DNA of 62,634 nt, the filler included, from Sphacelaria rigidula (Eukaryota): NCBI GenBank assembly GCA_964200075.2. It is 8 parts of 8 records of this genome, joined end to end, with 100 filler letters (N's around TTAATTAATTAA, not from the genome) between each part and the next. Parts side by side here need not be neighbours in the genome. Positions count along the whole stretch, not along the records: positions 7,844 to 15,585 come from CAXNAA020013600.1; positions 15,686 to 23,427 come from CAXNAA020013601.1; positions 23,528 to 31,269 come from CAXNAA020013602.1; 5 more parts are not named here. The stretch is one strand, 5' to 3'. Below are positions 10,971 through 23,819 of this stretch, piece by piece. How positions within the stretch are numbered: position 1 is the stretch's first letter; every line of letters starts with the position of its first letter. A program made the position numbers and the translations under genes. The notes under the pieces were generated by a model. That model searched no databases and was not told where the DNA came from. It saw only the letters and a program-made list of their open reading frames with translations.

Positions 10971-12805
10971 AGGTGCGATGCACGGGCTTGTTGCCGTCCA
11001 TGCCGGGTAATCCGGCGCTGGAATTCCACAGTACCCTCCATACATGAGGTTTTGAACTCGGCGTTATCCGTTCTTCTAACCCGCATGAGGAACGAGGAGG
11101 AGGGGGGGGGGGGAGTTGCATGTTTCCCCCCCTTCTCTTTTACTCGGCCCATTAAGCACCAGGACCCCAAGTTGGACGCCAGGTAGGCGGATATTTTCCT
11201 GGTGGTTGGAGTAGTTGGTGTTGGAAGAGAAAGGACGTCTGTGTAGAAAAGGGCGTTTGCTACCCATGTGCCGCGCGTGATCGTTAATCCTGCACAAGCG
11301 ACTACCCGAAGGACGTCGGCCTCCATAACACAACACAAACAGAGCAGTGGTCGCACAGGCAGCACATGTGGGTGAAGAATGTACAAAATCCCAGCACACC
11401 GCAGGATGGTGCATGAAGGGGAAGGCGTGCACGCGTTTTCCTCAACAACGGTAGGAAAGACTGCTGCAGGCCCATTGGGTCCCGTAAACGGTAAGGTCCT
11501 GATGCGGCCCAAAATGTACGCGGTCCCCCTACGCATTATACCGGAACAGTTTGCAAAACAAACGCAATTTCGGATAATTAATTTATGTTAGAAGCTAAAC
11601 AGGTGCGGCTAGATGCACCCAATTAATACGGTGTACACGTGTGTCGATGACGATGCCACCGGAAGAGCAACGGCGGAGAGGAAGCTCTTCCTCGCCCGTG
11701 CCCTTTGTGGTTTTTGCACAACTCGTGCTGGCCGCTCGTGTCCCTTCAGCGTCTTTTTTTTTTCCCGTCACAATTTCAATCCATCTCTCTACCAGTACAG
11801 TACACTCCTGACATGTTGGTATCGTGGATTGGGTGAGTAACCCCGTTCCGTGTCAACTATCGTCAGATGCATTTCATATTGCTTGTCACACCCTCAACGT
11901 ATTTTACCACTGGAATCAGATACTTCGAAGAAAAGAAAAAAAACGTAAATGTTACAGGATTTGAAACCTCAAGCCACCGCCCGAACAGGCTTCAGTTGTA
12001 CCAGTTACATCACCGGGGCGCGCGCGCGGCGGTATATCTACGCGTACAAAAACTATCCTCCAAATAAATCACGGGTTTGTCAGCGAGTCAAAACTCTGAA
12101 CAATCAGCGTTGGCGGTCGGGTTTGCCGCGCTACACGGGATTTCCACGCCGTGCTTGTCCTCGCTTCTATTGAACTGTGCTGTGATATAATGTGGACAGT
12201 GTCCCCGCGGAGTACAATGTTCGAGTTTTCACCCATTGTTGGCTACTGACGCCGAAGTACTAATACCGCGGACTTCCATTTTCTGGGGGATGACAAATAT
12301 CAACTTCATCCAAAGCAATCAACGTACGCAAGCCAAAACCAAGACCCCACGCAATATATGCATCACCGCATTCAGCCAAACAAAAAAGTCCCATGAGGGA
12401 CGACAAAAACAAGCCCTCATGGGAACTTTATTTCGAGAAAGTACCTGGTACATATCTGCACCGTTGGTTGCACATTATGTTGGCGGTTGTTCGTCCGCAC
12501 AGTCCGTGAACCGGTATCTGGTCGCTCGGCAATGCTCATTGATCTTGCAGGGTGGCGTGGGATTCGCTCACGGACAATTTTAGTTCATTATTATTTCCGT
12601 CACATTACATCAGCGCGATCTTTCGAATCCGCGGCCACAGAGTGCAAGGAAAACAGCATTCATACCCATAAAATCTAAAAGCCAACAGAGAGAGGCGAGA
12701 AACAAAACATCTACACGAACAAAAAAGGGACCTGCGACCTGCACTACAATACGGAAGATTCGTAAAATACCGATCGAACTACAGGAGACCTACTGTAGGA
12801 GCAAT

Positions 12806-13060
12806 GCTACGGTAGGGGTGCACTTTTTTCGCGAAATATTGTCTAGTTCAGGGGCTCTTGACGATTCTAGATGCACAAGAATATGGGTCAGGGCATCCCC
12901 GTCTTCAAATTCATTCGGGATATCTCTAGCACATTGCAGTAGCATCACTCGTAGGCTGAAAATAATACCCCGATAACTGAGCGATTCCCACGTGATTCTT
13001 CCAATTAAAACACCTGCACCGGCGGGTCCTTCACCAAACCCTCGTCGACCAAGGGTAAAC
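12806..13060 (-). mobile_element. Copy of the TGCTAC-terminus MITE family (see 29631-29881)
   Basis: tgctacggtaggggtgcacttttttcgcgaaatattgtctagttcagggg matches the reverse complement of ~29830-29881. Confidence 0.7.
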
Positions 13061-14040
13061 AACAGCTGTCACAAAGTGCTGTCACATGACTGATCTTCGA
13101 GGCGGGTTTCAGACCCGGTCCGCCATTGAGAAACGTTCAATCAAGCTTCGGATTACTGTCCATTTTTCTTCTCCCGTTGCCCGCGTTTCTCTCACTTGCC
13201 TGGCGAGAGTCTCTAAACAGCTGCAATCCCCTCTCTTGTTCACTATCAGCGAACAGTGCGGATAGGGTGTGTGTGACAAGGTAGGCGGGGTCTACTCGAG
13301 GGGGCGTGCGGTGGCAGCATGGAATGATTCACCACTTACTCACCGACGGCGAGGATTGAGATTTTTTTCTAAGGGAATGATCTCCATGGCCATGGCTTCA
13401 GGGTCCATGGCGCTTGCGTAGGTTTTGCTGCTGCTTTTCCTGCGTATCGGCAGCAAGTACTATGGACTCCCAGCGTGACAGTAGCGTAGGCCACACCTTC
13501 TTTCTCAATTGATTTTTCTTTTCAGAGTCTACAAACCAATCTCTCAAGGCCAAGATGTGAATTACGACGTGGCTGGTGTGATTTTTTTCAGTCATTATAC
13601 TGTTAATAGGTGCTCCTTGTTTCTTCTCTGACCCGCACCATTGCCGGTCAATAGGTACAGGATACGCCGGGTTTGCGCTGGTTCGAGAGGCACAGCAGAA
13701 GGCCCCATCTTAAAGAAAGAAACAAATTATGATGCGCTTGTGAGGATGGCAATGAGGATGATGGTTCGGGACTCCATGGTCACGAGAAATCACCCGCCTT
13801 TCCTACCGATGGCAGGAGAAATGAATCTAAGAACATGGAAACACGCGGAGAGCTCAGTGCGTCACGCACAAGCGGTCCCGCTGCTGCTGCCGACGAAGCA
13901 ACTGCGACGTTTTGGGCGACCATTTATCGTTCCCTTTCGCAACAGCATCGGACGTTTCGACCGTTCGCACAAAAGCTCATTCAGATAACTTCTAACTGTT
14001 GTTATTTTCATGGGGATGCATTCCCCCCCACGCTCTTATG

Positions 14041-14103
14041 CTCCGTCTCGAAAGGGATGCGTGGTCAATGGTCAAACGACCAAGGCGAGCAACAAATGAG
14101 TAC
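14041..14103 (+). mobile_element. 63-bp conserved element in C tract, copy 2
   Basis: ctccgtctcgaaagggatgcgtggtcaatggtcaaacgaccaaggcgagcaacaaatgagtac followed by a C-rich/CA tract and a 10-N gap (14150-14159). Confidence 0.9.
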
Positions 14104-15519
14104 CCCCACAACCGCACTCCCCCGCCCCCCGCCCCAACCACACCACACCNNNNNNNNNNCCCCCCCCCCCCCCCAACACACACACACACACACACTTGAG
14201 ACTTTTGAAACGTTTGTTGGTCCCCGAAAAGGGAACATTGCAATCTCTTTCTCCTTTCTTTGTCTCATCAAGACTGGGCTCGGAGCTCGTTTCTTATCGT
14301 GCCTACCCTTTTTCGTACACACAGTTATAGGGATGAATGAGGGGCTTTACGACAAAAAATGCGGAGTCAGGCTGAGAAAGCCAATAACGCGGAGGAATGA
14401 TGGACACGTCATGAGCTGTCCCGAGCGGTTCAACTGTTTGGAGTATAGTAGGACACACGCCTAGTCCCGTATTGAGTTGGTTAAAGTATACGACGACTGC
14501 AGTATTTTCATCGCGGCACGGGAAGCGAGCCGGCCTGTGGCACTGTATAGCCCTCCGCACACTTACAAAAGCTGGAGAAATATGTAAGAACTCCGCTCAG
14601 ATTGCCACAGCGGACCCCCAAAAGTCTCAAACACGAAGAGAAAAACAAACTGTTTAAAAAAAAATACAGTTTGGTACATTTTGGTAGCCTGCAGCGTTCG
14701 TGGGACGCGTGAAGGGCGTATATTACTTTCTTCAATGGGTTGGGTGTGTGGGAAGCGTACGCAACAAACCGCAGTGCAATCCTCTGCTTGGTTGCCGAGA
14801 AGCCCGCGCTGAAAAATTGGCACAAGATACTGCAACAAGAGGGGCACAACACCAACTCGAGCAGCAGCTTCTATCCTTCTGTTGTTGTGACCCGTCCACT
14901 TTCCTCAAGTTCGGTGCCCACAATCGGTCCTCATCCATCCCCATACCAGCTACAGTAGCAGGGTAGCAGCACCGCACTTGTGTTCTACATGAGGCCAGGG
15001 TCTTTTTCGTTTGGTACGTTTCACGCTAACGCTCACCCCGACCCGAACCCTAGATGAAGGCAAAACGAGAACCTTCTGACTCACGCTTGCGCCGATTTGA
15101 GTCAAAACACATGGGCGAGCGCTAGGGACTATTTTAGGGTCAACTATCAACTAATATTAATGACGTGATTATGACCTCTGTATGACCCGATCCGCTTACA
15201 AATAACACGGGGCACGTCAACCCGGACCGTCATCCCGGGCCTGCCACCCTGGGAATGACATTCTCCAATCCCCAGTCTTAGCTTATCATACTCCTTCCTC
15301 ACTTGGAGGCACTCTGTCACGGTGCCCCCATATGACACTCCGTTCTCGACCCCCAAGCCTTCCCTTTCAAAGCTCGTCCGGTTCAATTCCACGTCGCGTC
15401 TTTACAGGCTCCGTACCCGTCCCTTACCCTGACACCGAGTGAGAAGCCATGACCTACACAAACCCACTGTCCTGGGTTGGATAAGTCACGCCTGCTGTCC
15501 ACAGGCTTGTCTTATACTA

Positions 15520-15585
15520 GTGTGTGTGTTGTCGTCCCATTTATTCTGGGCGCCAGTCTACACCTTTCGGTATATGTGGGCGCAT
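15520..15585 (-). mobile_element. 3' end of (CA)n-tailed SINE, cut by contig end
   Basis: gtgtgtgttgtcgtcccatttattctgggcgccagtctacacctttcggtatatgtgggcgca matches 34825-34890. Confidence 0.85.
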
Positions 15586-15794
15586 NNNNNNNNNNNNNNN
15601 NNNNNNNNNNNNNNNNNNNNNNNNNNNNNTTAATTAATTAANNNNNNNNNNNNNNNNNNNNNNNNNNNNNNNNNNNNNNNNNNNNGGGGGGGGGGGTGGG
15701 GGGGGGGGGGGGGGGGGACACCCAGCCGTGTGTCCCCTGGTTTTTCGCCGAGGCGTTGGCGGATGCGGTCAGCTGCCGTAGACAGTAGAGATCC

Positions 15795-16165
15795 TTATAC
15801 ATTATATATGATGTGTTATATGTGATATATTATATATCACATAATATTTTTCACATATTTTATATCATATACTATATTTAATGTATTACATATCATATAT
15901 TATGTTTCGTATACTATATTTCATATGTTATGTACCATACAATATAGGTCAATATTATTGGTCTATATTACACATATGCTTCTTTTCCTTAATATATACT
16001 ATATTGTACATATTTTATACAATATATTTATATATTATATAATTATATATATGAATTTTCATCAAGGGGCAGGATATACTATATTACATAATCATATACT
16101 AATGTATGTAGATGCTATATAATGTATAACATATGATCCTTATATAATATATAAATAAATATGTA
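15795..16165. repeat. AT-rich low-complexity tract (decayed TA microsatellite)
   Basis: Dense tata/atat repeats with very few G or C, following a poly-G run at the contig start. Confidence 0.85.
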
Positions 16166-17349
16166 AAGGAGCAGGAACAAACATATACCCCGCAAAGCCC
16201 ACCAAACTCTTTGGATTTTGCCAATGTTCATTGATTAATTTCTTGCAACAAAGTTAGCAGAAAATTATATAATTAAATATTGTTTGGGGATGGATGGTTG
16301 TATTTCATTTTTTGGACAAGGGAAAGACATTATGGATGGAAAAAAAATGTAATAACTTGGCAATTTTTGCACATATATGGAAGACAAAAACGAAAAACTA
16401 GAAGTGCGAGGGAAGTCGTACGGTATGAGGAATACGCGAGATGCGGGTACGACACACGGATGCGGTATATCCGTGGGAGCGGAATGAAGAACGGGAAGAA
16501 AAAGGACAAGAAAATTAGTAGTGCGGAGGTAATAGGTTGTGAGAAATGAGCGACATGAGGTTGAACGTGAAGCACTCAGTGGGTGTGAGGGAAGAGAAAA
16601 AATGAAGGAAAGCACCACAGAGAATAAGGAGCACGCAAAAGGCAAAACGTTAACACGATTAATTGCAAAAGCGGTCAAGATGAGAAAAATAGGGTAGAAG
16701 AAGCCTCCTCACGACATGAGAAATGGCGAGAAAGGATAGAGGCATCGAAGAGTCGCCGAAGGCGCGTCGTCAGGGTCACACTTCGACAAAACCCACGTTT
16801 ATGGAGGTACCACGTCTTCCACCCCGTTGCGCAGGTACCGATACCTCTGGTTCTTGAGGGCCTTCCTCACGGCGAACCCATAGTCCACAACTACACAACA
16901 ACAAGTTTTGTTAGGGACCAATAATATATGGATTGCTGGGGCCGACATATACTAAAAAGCAGAACGCCGTAGTGAAAGCGCGTAGATGATGTTGGAACCG
17001 GTGATAGAATGATTGCAGGAGAGAGGGGATGTAGTGGTGGTTGTGACGCCATGAGATGGGAGATCGCCGCGCAGTGAGTGATTGACGGGTCCTCCGTTGA
17101 TTTGCAAGAAAATGGTGCAAGTATGGACATTGAGGAGATATCGCCGGAAAGATGGGCATGTCGATAATGCATGGTGCAGGAGTGAGGCGTTGTAAGATAT
17201 TCAGCGAAAAAGGGGAAGTGGAATGGTGGTTCGTCGATGGAGCGAGGTAATGGTAATGTGCGGTGTGGTAGGCTATGTGGAGACGAGTTCGATGGGATCT
17301 TTGCGGGAAAATCCGATGAGATATCGGCGGCGAATGAAGGGCGAATAGA

Positions 17350-17990
17350 GGACGAATGGTGCAGAGGTAAGGTGCGGTAAGATCATTTGCGGAAATTGGG
17401 AATTGGTATTTTCGTGAATGGTCGCTGGATATCTTGTGAGGGGGCCGGGGAATCATGGGGATTTGGAAGGTGAATTCTGTGTTGGAGAGGTATGGTCAGG
17501 TACCGTATCGTAATTTTGTGGAAGTGTAACGCGTATTGAGGTGGCATAATATGTGGAGACTACTACGTTTTGAGGTTTATGGGATTTATTGACGGGGTAT
17601 CTGCGGCGAAGTATGGCGCTTGGAGGGTGCCTGCTGCAGAGGTCACGTGCGTTAAGATTATTAGCGGAATTCGGGAAGTTTAGTCGTGGTTCCTCGACGG
17701 GTTTGACGTCTGCGTTTGATGTGAGAAAGCCGAGAAATTATGGGAATTGTTTTAGGGCCGATGCCGTCATCGTGAGTTATGTCAACGTACTGTACTGTAA
17801 TTTTTCGGAAGTGAAAGGTGTGTTTTTGTGGCATATGTGGAGACCAGTGCGATTGGATTTTTCGGGGAAATGATAATGGTGTATCGCCGGGGAGTTATGA
17901 GCGCATGGAGGGTGCATGCTGAAAAGGTAACATGCGGTTAGATTATACGCGGCATTCGGCAAGTTTTATCGTGGTCGTGGAAGCGTTTGA
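17350..17990 (+). repeat. Highly degenerate tandem repeat, ~280-bp period
   Basis: Motif tgcggtaagatcatttgcggaaattggg / tgcgttaagattattagcggaattcggg / tgcggttagattatacgcggcattcggc at ~17373, ~17648 and ~17933. Confidence 0.55.
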
Positions 17991-18629
17991 TCTGTAATTT
18001 CTGGGGATTTATCGGGATTTAGAGAGTAGATACTAGGTGTCGTTGTACAGAGCCTGTAGCATCGACGAGTCATTGCAACGGGGCGTGGGAAGGACGACCT
18101 AGGATTATAGCACGCATGAGGCGAGGATGAATTGGCGTTGGCGAGGAGAGATTACGGTAGGGAAGAGCGGGCGAGAAGGTAGGAAGGCGATACGGTATAT
18201 GCTCATGATGTATAACTTACTTCCTTTGGGCCCCACCCTGGAGAAATCAGTGCATTAGGTCCGTGGCCTCTGAAGGTGCATGGTATGAGGTATACCGTCG
18301 CTGGGAGTGGGCGCCGTTTTGACGTACGTCTGAGGAAAAGCCTGTAGGATTTTTGAACACCAATTAAATTCAAAAACAGATTTTCCAGGACGAGGGGACG
18401 ACAATATTATTTTTGAAAAAAACAGGATAATTTTAATTGTTGGAAAATTGCTCTCCGGCATCTGAGGTAATCGGGACAGAATGGGCAAGGAGTAGAAGCA
18501 TATACACGAACCCCACAACGCCCACCAGACTTTTCCGTTTTTGTCCGCGTTTATTGGTCGATTTCTTGTAACAAAAATAACAGACATAATCAAAAAAATG
18601 TTTATTGATCAGTTCCTTGCGAGAAACTC

Positions 18630-18674
18630 GACAAAAAAATCGAAAAAATCATGACAATTTTCGAAAAAATGCCC

Positions 18675-18742
<68 letters not shown>

Positions 18743-18780
18743 GCCTACGTGTCCGAAAATTCTCGCTCGACAGACCCTTG
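18630..18780 (+). repeat. Interspersed repeat containing a (GT)n microsatellite (18678-18741); homologous to 54069-54262 in inverted orientation
   Basis: aaaatcatgacaattttcgaaaaaatgccctcc-(GT)n-...gtccgaaaattctcgctcgacagacccttg matches the reverse complement of the flanks at 54069-54100 and 54217-54262. Confidence 0.85.
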
Positions 18781-19796
18781 TACCGGACACAAATAGACAA
18801 TTTAACGTTTTTATTAGAAAGCAACGGGCATAGAGCTGTTTGCAGGTAGGAAACGGGGATTTCCATACTCGAGACGCTCTATGCTTCCCCGTGGGCGTTT
18901 CATGCACTCCCGAAAACTCTGTCGTTTTTCTTCCATACCTGGCGGGGGGACGGGGAAGCCGCAGTTCCTCAGGTGAGAAGAGTCATTTCAGTCATGTGGA
19001 CGTAGTTTGAAAAGCAGAACTGTTGAACCTCACCCAAATGTTGGACATCAAAAATGAATCCAGGCTGTTGATACATATAAACTGGCGTCTAAAATAGATG
19101 GGATGGCAACACACGTAACGTGCACATTGAGCCCAAGAGTGGCTCACCGATAAAGAGGGGTCAAAATCGTGATTCGTTATTAGGTGGGGAATTAGGCATT
19201 TTCCTTTACACTAGCGCGTTCTGTATTAAACCACGACCTTAACGCAGGCAAAATCCCCGCCCCTCCTCTATCATTGAACGATTCTCAAGTGATGTAATTA
19301 CTTTGTAGACTAACTAAGCTCAACTAAAACTCTGGGCATGGAGGTGATACTATGCGAGCGTCATAATCCAAAAGTGGATATCGACGAGTTTCTGGTATTT
19401 TCGGCCTTGAACAGAGCTCTGTCGGTACCATCTGTCGGAGACCCCCCAACACAAGGGTTGGTATCGGTTGGCGATGACGCTGTTGAACACGCCGCTCACT
19501 GCGTAAGCTAGACCACCAGTTTACCGATTTTGTTTGGCACAGCACCGCGAGCGCAAGAAACCGGGTCGAAATTGAGCGTAAACTCAAAGAGAAACATCAA
19601 AGTTTGTAAAATTGCCGGCTCAGATCGCACGCGCCGGTGGAAGACACAAGTCCCTTATTATATTAAGGGTTCATCGGTGGACGTATTATTGCCGTGTGTT
19701 AAATACTTTTGCCGCGGCAGTTGCCTAGCTGCCCCGCTTACCCCTGTCAGGAAATTGGTATGTATGAATACAAGCAATCAGACACAGATTTACCTT

Positions 19797-20468
19797 TGTT
19801 GACGATTGCAGCAACTAATCTCAGTCTGGGCAGTAACAGCAGTAGCAGTACAGGTGCAACCAAGAGAAGGATCCGACTAGTACACGGATTGCTGTATCTC
19901 CGTAGAACCTGCTGTAAGTATGTTGAGTTCTTCTAGAAACACTTCCAGAACGTTCTTCGTAGATCTAGATGATTCTGGATTCTGTGTAAATGGGTAAGTG
20001 TTGGAATATTCAATGTCAGCCATTGGTAACGACTACTATCTATCGTAAGTTATCGTAAACAAGTAAGAAATCATTTGAGTGTTCCAGAAATAGTCTGCAG
20101 TATACTCTGCGGTACATTATGTTTCCACAACAAGTTGTCGGGGGATTAATCGGGAGTCATCGGTTGTAATATCCCGCGAGTGTTCTAGACGTGTGGAAGT
20201 TCTGGAAGTTCATTAGCTGATCGGTAGGCTCGCACACTTGGTGCTCGCCCACCTGATCACTCCTCTACTACTTCTCTTCATCATCACCATCAGCGAAAAC
20301 TTGACTTCGGGAGTCAGTCAATACTAAGCATCTTTATTTCTTCGGTCAAGTTCTCTGACGGATCAAACCGTGGCCCGAGTGTCATCCTCCGCGGTAGGCT
20401 ACTCAGTCTACAAAGCACACGCAGCACAGCACAGCCCCGCTGCAGCTGCAGGACGCTTTACACTCTCA
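19797..20468 (+). mobile_element. Putative 5' LTR of the copia element (left boundary uncertain)
   Basis: Ends in CA immediately before the PBS. Candidate TG starts at 19745, 19797 or 19921. No second LTR is in the contig to confirm. Confidence 0.5.
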
Positions 20469-20480
20469 GGTTATGAGCCT
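20469..20480 (+). promoter_or_regulatory. Primer-binding site of half-tRNA(iMet) type
   Basis: CA|GGTTATGAGCC resembles the GGTTATGGGCCC PBS of Drosophila copia-type elements and lies ~750 bp upstream of gag. Confidence 0.7.
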
Positions 20481-20845
20481 CGCTTAAACGCGTACACCAC
20501 GAGCTGCAGACATCACGAGGAGGTCAAGACAAGCCTTCTCGCTGCATATCAAAATTGGTCTGTGGACACGAGAAAAAATTGGTCTCGAAGATCTTCGGAG
20601 ATTGAGGCGCCGTCAGCGGTCAACGGCAACAAGAGTAAGGGCGCAAATTTGGTCATCTACACTAGGGTGCTGGGAATTCACCTTTGGTATACACACATCA
20701 CCACTACTACGGCAGTACTAGGTGCATCTGCGGTGAGCCATCAGCAAGTTTGCGTCGCGTGGGAAAGCCTCGAGTTTCTTACACTTCGAGCAAGTTCTTT
20801 TGCGGCAGAAGGAAACACGACTACTGGTGTATCTACACAGCAGTG

Positions 20846-21115
20846 GAAAAGACGATCAACAACCGGAGTCCTCTACATCGTTAGCAGGAGCGGGATGGGG
20901 AAAAGACGATCAACAACCGGAGTCCTCTACATTGTTAGCAGGAGCGGGATCAGGAAAATACGATCAACAACCGGAGTCCTCTACATCGTTAGCAGGAGCG
21001 GGATCGGGAAAAGACGATCAACAACCGGAGTCCTCTACATCGTTAGCAGGAGCCGGGTCGGGAAGACGACCTACAACCGGAGTCCTCTATATCACTAGCA
21101 GGAGCGGGATCGGGA
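20846..21115 (+). repeat. 54-bp tandem repeat x5 in the retrotransposon leader
   Basis: Unit gaaaagacgatcaacaaccggagtcctctacatcgttagcaggagcgggatcgg; translates as GKDDQQPESSTSLAGAGS repeats. Confidence 0.95.
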
Positions 21116-21224
21116 AGCCTCGGGTACATACTTTACCGCGAGCAATCACACTCCTGCGGCAGGAGTTAGATCTACACAGCAAAACAGGAAACAAAGATCG
21201 CAAAGTCTTCGCTGGAAGCGAACA

Positions 21225-22334
21225 ATGACTGAGGCTTCAAGATATTTCGGAGGCGACATAGCTGTCGGAGCCGATAGCTCCACCAACCTGAGCAACGTCA
21301 TCCGAGGGCTCAAGAAGTTCGACGGAAGGGATCCGGCTGAATTCAAGAACTGGATGAAGAAGCTATGTGTTGCCTTGGGAGTAACACGGAGGGACATTTT
21401 GCCACTCCTCAAGGACGAAAGGAAGCCAGATCCAAGTGACACCGAAGCTGTTGAGGCATACACAAGGTCGAACGAAGATCTATACGTCATCCTGTTTCTA
21501 CTCGTCGAACTACCGGCCGCCTTGTCGGTACACAAGCATGAAGATGACAGCGGGATTAGCGGCGACGGACAGGCAGGCTTCAAAGAGCACTGCAGCAACT
21601 ACGACAGAGTGACCGATGAGGTGATTCGAGCAAAGATGTCGGAGCTGGAGAACTTCCCTATGAACACTGGTGAGAACCCGGACGACTACTTAAACCAGAA
21701 ACATCTTCTTCGCGCACAGATCGAGAAAATGGGGGAAACTATATCCGATCGTCGATTCAAGGACATCGGCGTGCAAGGCTTCTCCGACGAGTACAACGAC
21801 GTTAAGATGATGGCGTTTCGCGACCCCACGTTCGACGTGCTACAAATGCAATCGATATTGCGCAACATTTTTATGGACGCGCAATCACGCAAAGGCTCGA
21901 ACGGGCGAATTACCGATCGAGGATTTGCAATGACTACTGCGATGTCTGAAGTGGTCTGTCACGACTGCAACGAAACCGGGCACATCAGGAGGAACTGTCC
22001 GAGGTTCAAGCCCAAAGGGAAGAAGAAAACGAAGCCCGCTGGAGCGACAAAATGGTGCGCCATCCACAACACCTCGACTCACTCGGACGAAGAATGCTAC
22101 AAGCAAGGAGCAAAGCAACCCGAAGAGACGAAGGAAGCAAGCAAGGCATTCTCGGCATGCTCGCCCTGCGCTCACTGCGCATCATCTTCGACAAGCAAAG
22201 AAACGAGCAACGAGAAGGCAGCTATCGACTTCACCCGCGAAGAGGACTCGACGGCGGCTTCATGTTCGCTACGTGCTCTCCGATTAGAGGATGGAACTTC
22301 ACAGCGAGCGCCACAAGAACGCCATTTCTGGTAG
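21225..22334 (+). CDS. gag: Ty1/copia Gag (frameshifted before the protease)
   Basis: KFDGRDPAEFKNW, MNTGENPDDYL, zinc knuckle CHDCNETGHIRRNC (CX2CX4HX4C) and WCAIHNTSTHSDEEC. Confidence 0.9.
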   Translation: MTEASRYFGGDIAVGADSSTNLSNVIRGLKKFDGRDPAEFKNWMKKLCVALGVTRRDILPLLKDERKPDPSDTEAVEAYTRSNEDLYVILFLLVELPAALSVHKHEDDSGISGDGQAGFKEHCSNYDRVTDEVIRAKMSELENFPMNTGENPDDYLNQKHLLRAQIEKMGETISDRRFKDIGVQGFSDEYNDVKMMAFRDPTFDVLQMQSILRNIFMDAQSRKGSNGRITDRGFAMTTAMSEVVCHDCNETGHIRRNCPRFKPKGKKKTKPAGATKWCAIHNTSTHSDEECYKQGAKQPEETKEASKAFSACSPCAHCASSSTSKETSNEKAAIDFTREEDSTAASCSLRALRLEDGTSQRAPQERHFW

Positions 22335-23360
22335 ACTCGAGCGCATCAGAGACCATGTTCGATGACAGACTCATCTCGAGAAGACACTTCCGTTATTACA
22401 AGGAGCGCTCCACGCCGAAGATGATCGAAGTAGCGGGTCAGGGTCAACTGAAAGGAACGGCGACAGGGATACTACACTGCACAATCAAGGACGGCAATGG
22501 GCATCAACTGCCAGTGCGAATACAGGGCCTCATCGTTCCAGGTCTGGGACGCAACATCTTCTCGCCCACGTCGCTTCTGAAGAAGGGACTTAGATTCGTC
22601 GTCTAAGAGGACACTCCACACCTCACGATGCATGGCGCAGTCATACCTCTCACACAGGATCCGCGAGACCAAGGGATGTGCACACTGGATGTCGGCTTCG
22701 AGGAAAACATCACACCTGCGACATCCGTCTCCAAGCCACCGAGGAAGGATGCCGGACCGAGCGCCTTCGGAAGACCCGAGACCACAACGCTGGTCAACAA
22801 ACCCAGTGCAGTGTGTTTTCTCGCGGTAAGCGCAGACATTTGGCACCGGAGACTTATACACCTCAATCAGCGCAGCATGGACATCTTGCGCCGGCAAAAA
22901 GGCACCGGCGTCGAATACCAGGACAAACCATCACCCTGCGACGTATGCGAGATCGCCAAGCACAAGCAAACTTCTCATCCGAAGAAGACCACCCGCGAGC
23001 TGTCTCGACCAGGACAACTGGTATACATCAACAACATGGGACCGACCCAGACACCTGCGAGGTCGAAAGGAGGCACATTCTCCTATGTGTACAAGTTCAC
23101 CGATGATTACTCAAGAGTGAAGGAAGTATTCCTGCTCCGCCACAAGACCGAGACAACGGAAGCCCTTCACGCCTACAACACGCAAGTGGCGGCTGCCGGG
23201 GGCTACCGCATTGAAATCATCCGATGCGACAAAGGAGGCGAGAATACCGGGGAGGAGTTCCGCACCTACTGCAAGGACTCTGGAATCAAGATCGAGTACG
23301 CCGCCACCAATACCCCTCAACAAATCGGTGTGCCGGAGAGAGACGGCCAGAACCTGGCAG
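22240..23360 (+). pseudogene. pol: Ty1/copia protease and integrase, decayed and truncated before RT
   Basis: FLVDSSASETM (protease), stop at 22604-22606, then WHRRLIHLN, CDVCEIAK, YINNMGP (first catalytic D appears as N), FTDDYSR, IRCDKGGE, TPQQIGVPER. Protease followed directly by integrase is the copia order. Confidence 0.92.
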
Positions 23361-23819
23361 GGATCTGTAGCCAAAATACACCAAGGCGTAGTAGATGTAG
23401 CATGTAGGATCCTGGATGATGACCAGGNNNNNNNNNNNNNNNNNNNNNNNNNNNNNNNNNNNNNNNNNNNNTTAATTAATTAANNNNNNNNNNNNNNNNN
23501 NNNNNNNNNNNNNNNNNNNNNNNNNNNGCTAAGATTGTTCGGCCCGAAGCCTACTGGTTATTTTGCATTTGGATGACAGCCTCCGATGAGTTGCTTCATC
23601 TTCTGGTATCGCCACTTCTTACGACAGCCACAGCTTTTACACTGCACTGCCTCATGGATGCCTCAGAGAAGAGAAGAGAAGAGAAGAGAAAAGAGAAAGG
23701 GGGTAGGACGAGTAAAAATAACAGAGAGGAACCGAAAGCAATCAGGCGACGATACAGCAAACGAATACAACGAGAGGAACCGAGAAGAAGAAAAACTAAC
23801 GAACGGAGTAAACAGCACT

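Noticed and set aside
12790..13062. Exon-like 90-aa ORF
   Set aside because: The sequence is a copy of the MITE at 29631-29881.
20846..21115. CRISPR-like array
   Set aside because: Units are contiguous 54-bp tandem copies with no unique spacers, no cas genes, and lie inside an LTR retrotransposon.
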